DNA of 62,291 nt from Methanobacteriota archaeon (GTDB lineage Archaea; Thermoplasmatota; Poseidoniia; Poseidoniales; Poseidoniaceae): positions 47,960-110,250 of the forward strand of contig PBMQ01000015.1 in NCBI GenBank assembly GCA_002722615.1, given 5' to 3'. The notes beneath the pieces were generated by a model. The model ran no database searches. It saw only the letters and a program-made list of their open reading frames with translations, and was not told the origin of the DNA. Positions 46,981 to 55,450 of this stretch are shown here, in pieces; the stretch's first letter is position 1; each line of letters starts with the position of its first letter. A program made the position numbers and the translations under genes.

Positions 46981-49317
46981 ATGTGGGAGGTGGTCTTGGT
47001 GGTTCTTCTTCCAACAATTGCCCCAGGTCTCGCCTTGTTGAGAATCCTTGATGCTTCAGCAGATACGTTTCGAAAAGCATTGCTTTGTTTTCCAATTGGC
47101 CTTCTTGCTCTGTATGGCATCTCTGGGTTGTTATTCATATCACAATGGTGGAGCGTGACGAATCTATCGGTTCTCATCCTCTTAGTGAATGCCTTCTCCA
47201 TTGCATTCTTATTTCGGAAAGTCCATGTTGAACGAACCACCTATACGCAATGGCAAAAAATGGAAGCCGCAATTCATGGCATTGTTTTGAGTGAGACTGA
47301 ACCTGAAATTGAGCAGGAAGTTGCTGCGCAACAATGGTTCCAAGCCAACCGAAATCCGGTTCTGCAAATAGCTGCTGGATGTTTTTGTTTGCTCACACTT
47401 GTTCCAATCCTGATGTTTGACCGACCCTTCGGGGTTGATTGGATTGGGTTTAGTACGTTGGCGAGCAATGTTGGCCATACGGGAAGTTTTGAAGTTCAAT
47501 CACCAAACTCCGGAATCTGGACCTATCCTCCTGCGCTCCCTACGGTGTTAGCTTGGGTAACCCAACTGACAGGAACACCAATTGAGCATGGGATTCTTGT
47601 CCTCGGCCACCTCTCATTGTTTGCGATTTTATTGGGAATATGGGGCAGTATGGATCGCTTGGGTGCAGGTGGGTCAAGCGTTCTTGCAATGGGCTCATCG
47701 TTTGCGTTGTTTGCAAAGGTGTTTGATTCAGGATATCCTACCGTAGCGAGCCAACTGGGCTTGATTGCAGGCCTATTGATTGTACTCCGACCGATCCAGC
47801 AATCCCTGCGTTACCACATTCTTGCATTTGTTTTCCTCTCAATTTGTGCAGTCCTGATTCACCCCACGGGTGCGATTTACCTCGCAGCACTTCTTCTCGC
47901 ATCAATCCTGAATCGTGAACGCCTTTCAGATGATGAAAAGGCTCAACGGAAACCTATTTTTCTAACATCAATCATCATCATCAGTTCGATGTTTGTGATT
48001 GCTCTGATCTTTTTTGCTCCTCGCATGCTGAGTGAACCCGTTTTCGCTGAATATGGATGGCAGGGAGGAAAACCCATGCTCATGTACAACGGTCCACTCA
48101 TTTTCTTTGCAGGTTTTTCTGTTTACATCGGTCGAAAGAGCCAAGAAATTCGTTTGCTTTCAACATGGTTTATGACATTGTGGTTGCTTTCATTTGTTCA
48201 TCTTATAGAGGGGCTTGCAAACATTCAGGTCTTGAGCCTCCTTTCATACACCCTCTACTCCATGGCCCTGCACGCATACCATGTACCACTAGCCATCATT
48301 GTTGGTCTGCTTGCTAGCCGATCAACCTCATTCACAACTGTTGATGAGAACAGTTCTTGGTTTGGTTTAGAGATGGATCCTTTCATTCGCCCAATTTACT
48401 CAACTGTATTTCTTGTCGCTCTCATGCTCGGTGCAATCATGAGTGTAGGCCTACTCGTAAACCTATCAAATCACGATGAACTTCATGCTGTAACCCAAGG
48501 CGACATGGAGTTAAGAGAATACCTTGAAACCAATCCTCCTGACAAATTCGTATACACAGAAAACATCCATTGGGGTCATAGTTATGCATTTGAACCTGGG
48601 ATCAGAACAAGTAGCATACCTACTCTTGGATTGTTGACGTTGGAAGAGAACATCCAATCCGAGGCCACTACGGCTTTACGAATCGATGATGTACAAACAC
48701 TACGCCAACTCGATATTGGATATGCAATCTCAAGTCCGATTGGTACTGTCGCTTTGATTCTTGGACCGTCTCCTTATTGGAGCATGGAGCAATCGTTCCA
48801 AGGCGCACGATATTGGAAACTGTGGGATGAACCGTCTCCTTCACGGGTGTTCTCCAACGCAGCCCTAGATTCAACGGAATGTGGAGAGAAAAAAGGATGC
48901 GTCCTAGAACTCGACCCTTGGAGAAATCATCGCTTTTATGACCCACTCGACCGTGGGGAACAACGAATCATTCTCCAACAGAGAGGAACTTTTGTTTGGG
49001 AGAATGTTGTCAATGAAGTGGAATTTGTTGGGATGTACAACGTATGCATCATCTACGAACAAATTGGTGATTTTGAATCGTATGAAATAATCGCAAATAC
49101 TCAACCGTTTACCTTTGAAAAGAAAGCAGGGTGGAACCAACAATGTATCAATGTTCAACTCAACCAAACACTGGACATAACGTTCGAACTGAATGATGAT
49201 GGAACATCATGGATAAATCCGCTAGGATTTTCTGGAAGAAGTTCTGAAATTGTTGACTCCACAGGGTTAAGAATTCATCATATCGAATTGAAACGAGGAA
49301 TTGATGCGAAGGCATGA
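46981..49317 (+). CDS. Large polytopic membrane protein with a C-terminal soluble domain (putative GT-C-fold glycosyltransferase)
   Basis: About 13 TM segments followed by a ~320-aa soluble domain. It is adjacent to a GT2 gene. The start is uncertain: track GTG 46912, in-frame ATGs at 46945, 46954, 46963 and 46981. ATG 46981 gives MWEVVLVVLLPTIAPGLALL. Confidence 0.5.
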   Translation: MWEVVLVVLLPTIAPGLALLRILDASADTFRKALLCFPIGLLALYGISGLLFISQWWSVTNLSVLILLVNAFSIAFLFRKVHVERTTYTQWQKMEAAIHGIVLSETEPEIEQEVAAQQWFQANRNPVLQIAAGCFCLLTLVPILMFDRPFGVDWIGFSTLASNVGHTGSFEVQSPNSGIWTYPPALPTVLAWVTQLTGTPIEHGILVLGHLSLFAILLGIWGSMDRLGAGGSSVLAMGSSFALFAKVFDSGYPTVASQLGLIAGLLIVLRPIQQSLRYHILAFVFLSICAVLIHPTGAIYLAALLLASILNRERLSDDEKAQRKPIFLTSIIIISSMFVIALIFFAPRMLSEPVFAEYGWQGGKPMLMYNGPLIFFAGFSVYIGRKSQEIRLLSTWFMTLWLLSFVHLIEGLANIQVLSLLSYTLYSMALHAYHVPLAIIVGLLASRSTSFTTVDENSSWFGLEMDPFIRPIYSTVFLVALMLGAIMSVGLLVNLSNHDELHAVTQGDMELREYLETNPPDKFVYTENIHWGHSYAFEPGIRTSSIPTLGLLTLEENIQSEATTALRIDDVQTLRQLDIGYAISSPIGTVALILGPSPYWSMEQSFQGARYWKLWDEPSPSRVFSNAALDSTECGEKKGCVLELDPWRNHRFYDPLDRGEQRIILQQRGTFVWENVVNEVEFVGMYNVCIIYEQIGDFESYEIIANTQPFTFEKKAGWNQQCINVQLNQTLDITFELNDDGTSWINPLGFSGRSSEIVDSTGLRIHHIELKRGIDAKA

Positions 49318-50086
49318 AAAACGTCCATGTCAAGCGGTAAATGTGAAACGGTTGATGATTCTCCTCCCTGTGCTCAATGAAGCAGAGGGGTTGGAAGCGG
49401 TATTGAGAACGATACCAATAGAATCGATTGAAGAAAGGGGATGGACATCAGACATCGTAATTGTTGATGGAAACAGTACGGACTTATCCAGAGAGATTGG
49501 CTTAGCCGCTGGTTGCAATGTCTTGATCCAACCAAATCATGGCAAGGGAGAAGCAGTTCGTTTCGGGTTCAATTATGCAATCAAAAACAAATACGATGCT
49601 CTGGTGATGTTTGATGCTGACCAAACCTACGATCCCAATGACATGCTTGCTATGTTAGATGAACCCTATCAAGGAGGAGTCATCGTAGGGAACAGATTGA
49701 ATTCGTCTATGACAAACGATGCGATGTCTCCAACCAATTGGGTTGGAAATCATCTACTCACGTGGTCAGCAGTCCTTCTTCATGGGTTGGAGATACACGA
49801 TGTATGCAGTGGGTACTGGTTCTTTCATCGCAACGCTTTACTTCGAATGAATCTCAATAGTATCGATTTTGAAATCGAAGCAGAAATGTATGCCCAGTGT
49901 GCCATTTCTGGAATTCCTTTGTCAAACATCCCTGTCTCGTATGGAGCGCGACTTGGTGAAGCAAAATTGGGATCCTTACGTGATGGTTCCTCGATTCTTA
50001 GGAAACTCCTTATTCGAAAGTTGTTCCCAAAACCTGTTGAAGAGGAACTTGGTCAAGGGAAATTAGCGTTTTATTCCAATAATTAA
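49304..50086 (+). CDS. GT2-family glycosyltransferase (dolichyl-phosphate hexosyltransferase-like)
   Basis: Contains ILLPVLNEAEGLEAVLRTIP, VDGNSTDLSREI and MFDADQTYDP (DxD). The start could be ATG 49304 or ATG 49355. Confidence 0.8.
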   Translation: MRRHEKRPCQAVNVKRLMILLPVLNEAEGLEAVLRTIPIESIEERGWTSDIVIVDGNSTDLSREIGLAAGCNVLIQPNHGKGEAVRFGFNYAIKNKYDALVMFDADQTYDPNDMLAMLDEPYQGGVIVGNRLNSSMTNDAMSPTNWVGNHLLTWSAVLLHGLEIHDVCSGYWFFHRNALLRMNLNSIDFEIEAEMYAQCAISGIPLSNIPVSYGARLGEAKLGSLRDGSSILRKLLIRKLFPKPVEEELGQGKLAFYSNN

Positions 50087-50347
50087 TCGCTCATCGATGA
50101 GACCGTAATTGTGTGAATCTGTTGAAGCGGTTGGGTCTGGATTATCGCCTTCAACAAACAAACCTCCTGATTCAATTCGCTTCAATCGCTTAACGCAAAT
50201 GCGTGAGGCATCTCTTGGATCTGTAAATACCAAAATGTCGTTTAGTTCCAGTTGTTGGCCTTCATAGGGAAGCACTGCAATGGAATCGCCGTCTTTGAAT
50301 GTCGGCCACATGCTGTCGCCGTTCACGACCACAGCTATTGATCCCAA
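50063..50347 (-). CDS. sodX: S26-type NiSOD maturation protease
   Basis: 94 aa. GDSMWPTF (nucleophile Ser), ICVKRL (general-base Lys) and GDNPDPTASTDSHNYG. It lies immediately downstream of sodN. Confidence 0.75.
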   Translation of the reverse strand: MGSIAVVVNGDSMWPTFKDGDSIAVLPYEGQQLELNDILVFTDPRDASRICVKRLKRIESGGLFVEGDNPDPTASTDSHNYGLIDERLIIGIKR

Positions 50348-50356
50348 TGAATCGCC

Positions 50357-50797
50357 TCAACTTGCGCGTACCCAGGAGACGTCTCGTCCCTTCGTGTTCC
50401 AGAACATGTTGTGTATCTCTTCAACTGCATCCATCAATTCTTGAGCGTGTTGTTCGGAAACTTCAACCTTACAAGCGGAGCAAAGTTTTGCAGCCATCCA
50501 GAAGGTGGTGTGGAGGTCTGGGTTTGCTTCAAGATGTTGAGGCTTGAAGAAATCAGTCCATAGAACAAGCAATTCGTCTTTGCAGGTTTGTGCTTCTTCT
50601 TCTTTGATTGCAGCATATCGGCTCATTGTGTTGATGTAAGACGCAGAGGACTTGTCAGCGTCTCCAGTGCTGAGTGCGACCATTTTCTTGGTCATTGATT
50701 GCACGGCTTCTGCTGCAACACGTGCACTGGCAGGGTCATAGACGCCACAAGGGCCGTCACAGTGGGCAAAGGCTTCGATGATAGAGTTGTTCTCCAT
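50357..50797 (-). CDS. sodN: Nickel superoxide dismutase precursor
   Basis: 146 aa. An 11-aa leader MENNSIIEAFA is followed by the Ni-hook HCDGPCGVYDP. LWTDFFKPQHL matches the NiSOD core. Confidence 0.9.
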   Translation of the reverse strand: MENNSIIEAFAHCDGPCGVYDPASARVAAEAVQSMTKKMVALSTGDADKSSASYINTMSRYAAIKEEEAQTCKDELLVLWTDFFKPQHLEANPDLHTTFWMAAKLCSACKVEVSEQHAQELMDAVEEIHNMFWNTKGRDVSWVRAS

Positions 50798-50818
50798 ACA
50801 TCACCGTTGGATGTGAAG

Positions 50819-50826
50819 CACTTGAA
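50819..50826 (-). promoter_or_regulatory. TTCAAGTG octamer 21 nt upstream of the sodN ATG (50797)
   Basis: An in-frame TGA lies between this GTG and the ATG, so the element is non-coding. Confidence 0.45.
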
Positions 50827-50888
50827 GATATGCTTTGATTCAATTTCCCAAAGCAAGGGACTAAATTGCTCAAGCCCAACTCACAATC

Positions 50889-51977
50889 ATGCCAAGGGTA
50901 CGGGTCGCCATCCTTGGGGCCTCAGGACTTGTTTCACAACGAATGCAGCAACGTCTTTCGAATCATCCATGGTTTGAACTGGTCGCAGTTGCAGGGCAAT
51001 CTGCTGGCATCGGTCTTCGAGATTTAGCGTGGAATCTTGATCAACAACGACCTGAGTTTATCAACAACTCGGACATTCTCGTCAGCGACATAAACAGCAA
51101 TACCCTGGCAGAAGAACTCTCTCAACTTGGCGTCAAAATTATTTTCAGTGCATTACCAAGTAAACCTGCTCTGAGAATTGAGAGAAATCTCGTCGAATCA
51201 GGACTGAATGTCTTTTCAAATGCCAGCGCCTACAGAATGAATCCAGATGTACCGTTGGTTGTTGCCGATGTGAATCCAGACGCTCTTGTTCAACCTTCAT
51301 CAAACAAATCCATGCACGCCTGTGCAACGAATTGTACATTGATTCCGGTCCTCCATCCCCTTTCACTCCTGCACCAGAGGTACGAGATTGACAGCGTTGT
51401 TGTTCGAAGTGAACAAGCACTTTCGGGAGCTGGTTGGAAACTACTGCACAATCCTGACGAGAAAGCAAATGCAATAGGAAAGGAAATTGATGGAGAAGCC
51501 GAGAAAATTATCGAAGAGGCGGAAAAGATTCTCGACGTATCTGGAGTCTCTTGGGATGTTGAATGCAAACGTGTTGACGAGCAAGACGGTCATCTAGTCA
51601 ATGTTGAAGTTCATCTCAAAGGCTCGCCAACCTATTCTGCAGTCATAGCGACATTGTCGACATCACAGGTTCATAATCCCTTACCAAGCCAACCCGAGTA
51701 TGCAATGCAACTCATTGATACTGAACCCGATCGAAATCAACACTTGTGGAACGGACAAACTCTAGATATAGTCAAACCATCAATCGATCTTTCTGCAGGA
51801 ATGACGACCACTGTTCAAGTTCAATCTGTCGAAGATGGAACCGTCGTGTTTCGAGCATTATCTCACAACACAATCAGAGGGGCCGCCGGTGGAGTTGTCT
51901 TGCTTGCAGAATTAGCACTTTTCAACAACATGCTTGCATCAGTAGACATAAATCCTTCCTCTTCTTCATCGGGATAG
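50889..51977 (+). CDS. asd: Aspartate-semialdehyde dehydrogenase family protein
   Basis: 362 aa. RVAILGASGLVSQRMQQRLSNHPWFELVAV, FSNASAYRMNPDVPLVV, active-site Cys in ATNCTLI, QALSGAG and HNTIRGAAGG. Confidence 0.8.
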   Translation: MPRVRVAILGASGLVSQRMQQRLSNHPWFELVAVAGQSAGIGLRDLAWNLDQQRPEFINNSDILVSDINSNTLAEELSQLGVKIIFSALPSKPALRIERNLVESGLNVFSNASAYRMNPDVPLVVADVNPDALVQPSSNKSMHACATNCTLIPVLHPLSLLHQRYEIDSVVVRSEQALSGAGWKLLHNPDEKANAIGKEIDGEAEKIIEEAEKILDVSGVSWDVECKRVDEQDGHLVNVEVHLKGSPTYSAVIATLSTSQVHNPLPSQPEYAMQLIDTEPDRNQHLWNGQTLDIVKPSIDLSAGMTTTVQVQSVEDGTVVFRALSHNTIRGAAGGVVLLAELALFNNMLASVDINPSSSSSG

Positions 51978-51984
51978 TGAGCAC

Positions 51985-53037
51985 ATGGGCATAACAGCAA
52001 TGATTCCTGGGACAACCATTGATGGACTCCTTTCTGAAGGTAAGGAACGGTGGCAGGATATCTTCGATGCTGATGCAATGCGAATGCAAGTCATGTTGAT
52101 TTGCCCACGCAAGGAGCGGAAAATTCTGGAAATGCATGGCGATATGGTCGAACACGGTCAACCCGTCATCGGGGTCTTTCATCGCCCACGTGCAGAAGCA
52201 GGACTTCTTGAGGAACAAGGCCTAAACCCCCGTGATGCTTCGTTTGAATTTCTTGATTTGGCAACATCTGACTTGGGACCATGGATGCAGCATATGATTA
52301 CATCAGAACAATGGATTCGGGGTTCGGTTTCTATCCAGCCCGTACCGTTTTCTGTTGATGTTCCTGCGCAACGGGCGTTCGAAAATATAACGATGATTTG
52401 TTTCCGGCATCCAAGTTTACCTGCCATCGAGCGATACTATCTTCCGTTCCCTCCAACTTCAATTCCAAACAAGTGCTTCGTCAGCCTTCCACGACGACAA
52501 GCCGCTGAACTCGCTCGCCAACAAGCAGAGATTCTCGGCGTTGGAAGGGCTGCTGAACCAGCAACTCCTGAACCAGTCATGCAAGAAGATCCAATCACTC
52601 CCTCCTCAGAACAAACAGCGAAAATTGTTGATGTTGATGAAGTCACGATTGAACAACCTGACTCTGTACCCCTTCCAACCGTAGAAGCAAATCAATCTGA
52701 AGGACCTCAATCCGTAAGTGATGCCATAACCAAAGCAACGACGGATGGGTTTGAAGAAATGCAAGCAGCAGGAGAAGAATTGGAAGTCACTGAGGTTCCT
52801 CTACCTTCTGTTGCCCACGAAACAGAACCTACAGAAGAGGCTCTACCACCTGTTGCCGAAGAGCCAAAATCAGAAATTGAGGTTGAATTCAGAGCCCTTG
52901 TTACCGAATTAATTGCAAACGGTGTTGAACCGAGTGATATGGTTGACGACCCGCGATGGGATTCAATCAACGAACGAGCTGCAGCCGTTGAATTCGAAAC
53001 ATGGCCTGTGTTTATGGAACTCACTTCTGTAGAATGA
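51985..53037 (+). CDS. Hypothetical protein: globular N-domain, acidic disordered linker and a small C-terminal helical module
   Basis: 350 aa. I recognise no motif. Residues ~190-300 are Glu/Pro/Thr-rich (EPATPEPVMQEDPITPSSEQ...EVPLPSVAHETEPTEEALPPVAEEP). Confidence 0.55.
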   Translation: MGITAMIPGTTIDGLLSEGKERWQDIFDADAMRMQVMLICPRKERKILEMHGDMVEHGQPVIGVFHRPRAEAGLLEEQGLNPRDASFEFLDLATSDLGPWMQHMITSEQWIRGSVSIQPVPFSVDVPAQRAFENITMICFRHPSLPAIERYYLPFPPTSIPNKCFVSLPRRQAAELARQQAEILGVGRAAEPATPEPVMQEDPITPSSEQTAKIVDVDEVTIEQPDSVPLPTVEANQSEGPQSVSDAITKATTDGFEEMQAAGEELEVTEVPLPSVAHETEPTEEALPPVAEEPKSEIEVEFRALVTELIANGVEPSDMVDDPRWDSINERAAAVEFETWPVFMELTSVE

Positions 53038-53080
53038 AAGGTTCAAATTGGAAGAAGGATAGGCAATTTTAGGTGAGACA

Positions 53081-53326
53081 ATGGCATTCTGTGTAACATG
53101 TGGACAATCCCTACACGATGGAATGCGGTTTTGCCGCTTTTGTGGCAACCAACAACCCGGTGAACAATTGATTCAGCGACTTCGCATGGAGGCTGAACAA
53201 ATTCGACAAATTGCGATCATGATGAGCAACCAGCAAGCAATGCAACAAGCCCAATATGCTGCACAAATGCAACAGCAACAACAATTCAACAATCAGCAAT
53301 TTAACAACCAGCAACGTCGTTGGTGA
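53081..53326 (+). CDS. Small zinc-ribbon protein with a Gln/Asn-rich C-terminal half
   Basis: 81 aa. MAFCVTCGQSLHDGMRFCRFCG (CxxC-x10-CxxC) followed by QQAMQQAQYAAQMQQQQQFNNQQFNNQQRRW. Confidence 0.6.
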   Translation: MAFCVTCGQSLHDGMRFCRFCGNQQPGEQLIQRLRMEAEQIRQIAIMMSNQQAMQQAQYAAQMQQQQQFNNQQFNNQQRRW

Positions 53327-53330
53327 AGGC

Positions 53331-53951
53331 ATGCGTCAACGGCATCTGGCGATGCGACTCTCTTCGTTGACTCCACATCCCTGTCATTCCGTTGAACTTG
53401 AACAATATTCGACAGAAGGAAACCTTGCAGCGGCATGGTTGACCAAGATTGGACTCGGAGATGGGTTCGATGGAAAACACGTTCTCGATTTGGGAGCAGG
53501 GAATGGGGTTTTAGGAATCGGTGCAGCGTTTCTTGGTGCGCAGCATGTTACCATGGTCGAATGCGATTCTGTTACGTTAGATACTTTGAGAATGAACGTT
53601 GAAGATGTTGATGGAGCATCAATGTGTACAATTCTCGAACAACGAATAGATGGCAGTGCCCTCAACCTTGAGTCGCAAGTTGACATGGTAATCATGAACC
53701 CACCATGGGGTGTCCAGACCCAACGTGCGGATCGAATGTTTTTCGAAACTATTTTTGCAATGGAAATTCCGTTGGTTCATTTCATTCATAGCATTGATGC
53801 AGAGCACTTGCTTCCCCTAGCGCATGAGCATGGATACGATTTGCATTCGATTTATCAGGATGATTTTCGCCTTCCTCCAGCTTATGCACATCACTCGAAA
53901 AACAAAGCAATGACACGCATTCGATGCTATCGACTTGAGAAGAAGAATTGA
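53331..53951 (+). CDS. METTL5-like (COG2263) SAM-dependent N6-adenine RNA methyltransferase
   Basis: From ATG 53331. VELEQYSTEGNLAA, SAM motif VLDLGAGNGVLGIGAA and catalytic MNPPWG. The track start 53256 lies inside the upstream gene. Confidence 0.8.
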   Translation: MRQRHLAMRLSSLTPHPCHSVELEQYSTEGNLAAAWLTKIGLGDGFDGKHVLDLGAGNGVLGIGAAFLGAQHVTMVECDSVTLDTLRMNVEDVDGASMCTILEQRIDGSALNLESQVDMVIMNPPWGVQTQRADRMFFETIFAMEIPLVHFIHSIDAEHLLPLAHEHGYDLHSIYQDDFRLPPAYAHHSKNKAMTRIRCYRLEKKN

Positions 53952-54047
53952 TCCAGACCCATGTGAGGGGTTGAAAAGGGAGCATCGCTCGCATCAAAAC
54001 AGCACAAGACATCGAGTCATCCTTGGACTGTGCAGCGAGTTGAAAAT

Positions 54048-55403
54048 ATGACGACGAGCCTCGTCACCCCAGGAACAGATATTGGAATCGTTGGCGAACT
54101 TGAAGCCGGCGATGGAACAACCACAATTGATGACCGAATCGTTGCAACAACAACCGGTCATACACGTATCGAAAACGGATGTATCACTGTCGAAGCATCG
54201 AAATCGATTGTGAACATAGAAATCGGAGATACGGTACTTTGTCAATTTGAAAAGTTGCAAGAAAAGGGTGGAGAAGCACGTATTTTGGTCGTCGAAGGCA
54301 AGAGCGGAGATGTTCTTCCTAACCAACTCCAAGGTCACTTTCATGTAACACGAATCGTCGATCGATTCCTTCACACTGTTGCTGACGCTGTCCGTCGTCG
54401 AGATGTGGCTCGAGCGGTTGTTACCGAGGTTCAACCTGTTGTTCGTCTTGATTTCAGAGAGCGAGAAGATTGTGGTGTTCTCCATGCCATCTGCCCATCA
54501 TGCGGTGACACACTTGAAGCGCTTGTCAATGGAGATTGGAATGTAGCCTGCCCAACGTGTGAATACGAGGGTTATCGTGCTCTCGCAGACAACTTTGGAG
54601 CGGGCTGGGCGGAACTTGAACAAGGCGCATCGGCCCTGAATCTCTCGGGCAAGCGCTGGGGCAAGGAGGCTGAACAACTCTTCGCACATGGATCATCTGG
54701 ACGTGCAACCTACATTGCTGCCGATGTTCGTGAAGATGGACGAGAGCGCACATACTTCAGATTTGAAGGCCAAGGTCAAGGCCGAGGACGTGGACAGAGA
54801 GCAGCACCGGGTTGCCGTCTCTTTGTGGGAGGTCTTCCTCGAGAAGTCGATACCGAAAAATTGCGGGAATTGTTTGGCAAGCACGGTGACATGACAGATT
54901 GTATTGTTATGACCGATGATTCTGGAGCCTCCCGTGGTTTTGGGTTCGTCACCTACTCCGAAAAGGCAAATGCGGATGCGGCTATCAAGGAACTCGATGG
55001 ACACAAACTGCATGGACGGCGAATTGGTGTTCGTGATGCGGACAACAAAGAAAAGCGAACGAAGGGGCCATCGAAGGGCTTGAAACTCTACGTAGGTAAT
55101 CTACCATTCGATACTGATGAGAAAGCAATTACTGCCTTCTTTGGCGATCATGCCACCATCAATGAAATTGCTCTTGCTACCGACAAAGCTGGAAAGCCCA
55201 AAGGATTCGCTTTCGTCTTCATCAATGAGAAAGACAAGGGCGATGCTGTTGTCAAAGCACTGAATGGAAACGAAATCAATGGCCGACGAATCAAGGTCGA
55301 CATCTCCCAAAGTGGTGGAAAGAAAAAGCCACAGGGCGGCAAGTCTTCTCGTGAACTCAAGGCGATTTCTGAGGAAAAAGGAAAGAAAAAGCGACGACGT
55401 TGA
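54048..55403 (+). CDS. csl4: Exosome cap subunit Csl4 fused to an RGG linker and two RRM domains
   Basis: Csl4 N-domain LVTPGTDIGIVGELEAGDGT, S1-like IGDTVLCQFEKL...GHFHVTRIV and zinc ribbon CPSCGDTLEALVNGDWNVACPTC. Next comes GQGQGRGRGQR. RRM1 has RNP2 LFVGGL and RNP1 RGFGFVTY. RRM2 has RNP2 LYVGNL and RNP1 KGFAFVFI. The tail is Lys/Arg-rich. The start could be GTG 54030 or ATG 54048. Confidence 0.85.
   Translation: MTTSLVTPGTDIGIVGELEAGDGTTTIDDRIVATTTGHTRIENGCITVEASKSIVNIEIGDTVLCQFEKLQEKGGEARILVVEGKSGDVLPNQLQGHFHVTRIVDRFLHTVADAVRRRDVARAVVTEVQPVVRLDFREREDCGVLHAICPSCGDTLEALVNGDWNVACPTCEYEGYRALADNFGAGWAELEQGASALNLSGKRWGKEAEQLFAHGSSGRATYIAADVREDGRERTYFRFEGQGQGRGRGQRAAPGCRLFVGGLPREVDTEKLRELFGKHGDMTDCIVMTDDSGASRGFGFVTYSEKANADAAIKELDGHKLHGRRIGVRDADNKEKRTKGPSKGLKLYVGNLPFDTDEKAITAFFGDHATINEIALATDKAGKPKGFAFVFINEKDKGDAVVKALNGNEINGRRIKVDISQSGGKKKPQGGKSSRELKAISEEKGKKKRRR
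54816..55040 (+). other. RRM domain 1 of the Csl4 fusion
   Basis: RNP2 is LFVGGL and RNP1 is RGFGFVTY. Confidence 0.8.
55080..55313 (+). other. RRM domain 2 of the Csl4 fusion
   Basis: RNP2 is LYVGNL and RNP1 is KGFAFVFI. Confidence 0.75.
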
Positions 55404-55450
55404 GTTGCTTGGTCCAAATTCTCGCCGCCTCCATCAATTGGAGACATAAT

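Noticed and set aside
46981-49317. Possible call as AglB/STT3 oligosaccharyltransferase.
   Set aside because: The diagnostic WWDYG motif is absent (IHWGH at the equivalent position), and I could not identify the first-loop DxD with confidence. I kept it only as a putative GT-C-like protein.
53256-53330. A CAA/CAG/AAC-rich stretch that looks like a microsatellite.
   Set aside because: It is an imperfect codon-level repeat encoding the Q/N-rich tail of the 81-aa zinc-ribbon protein, not a true tandem DNA repeat.
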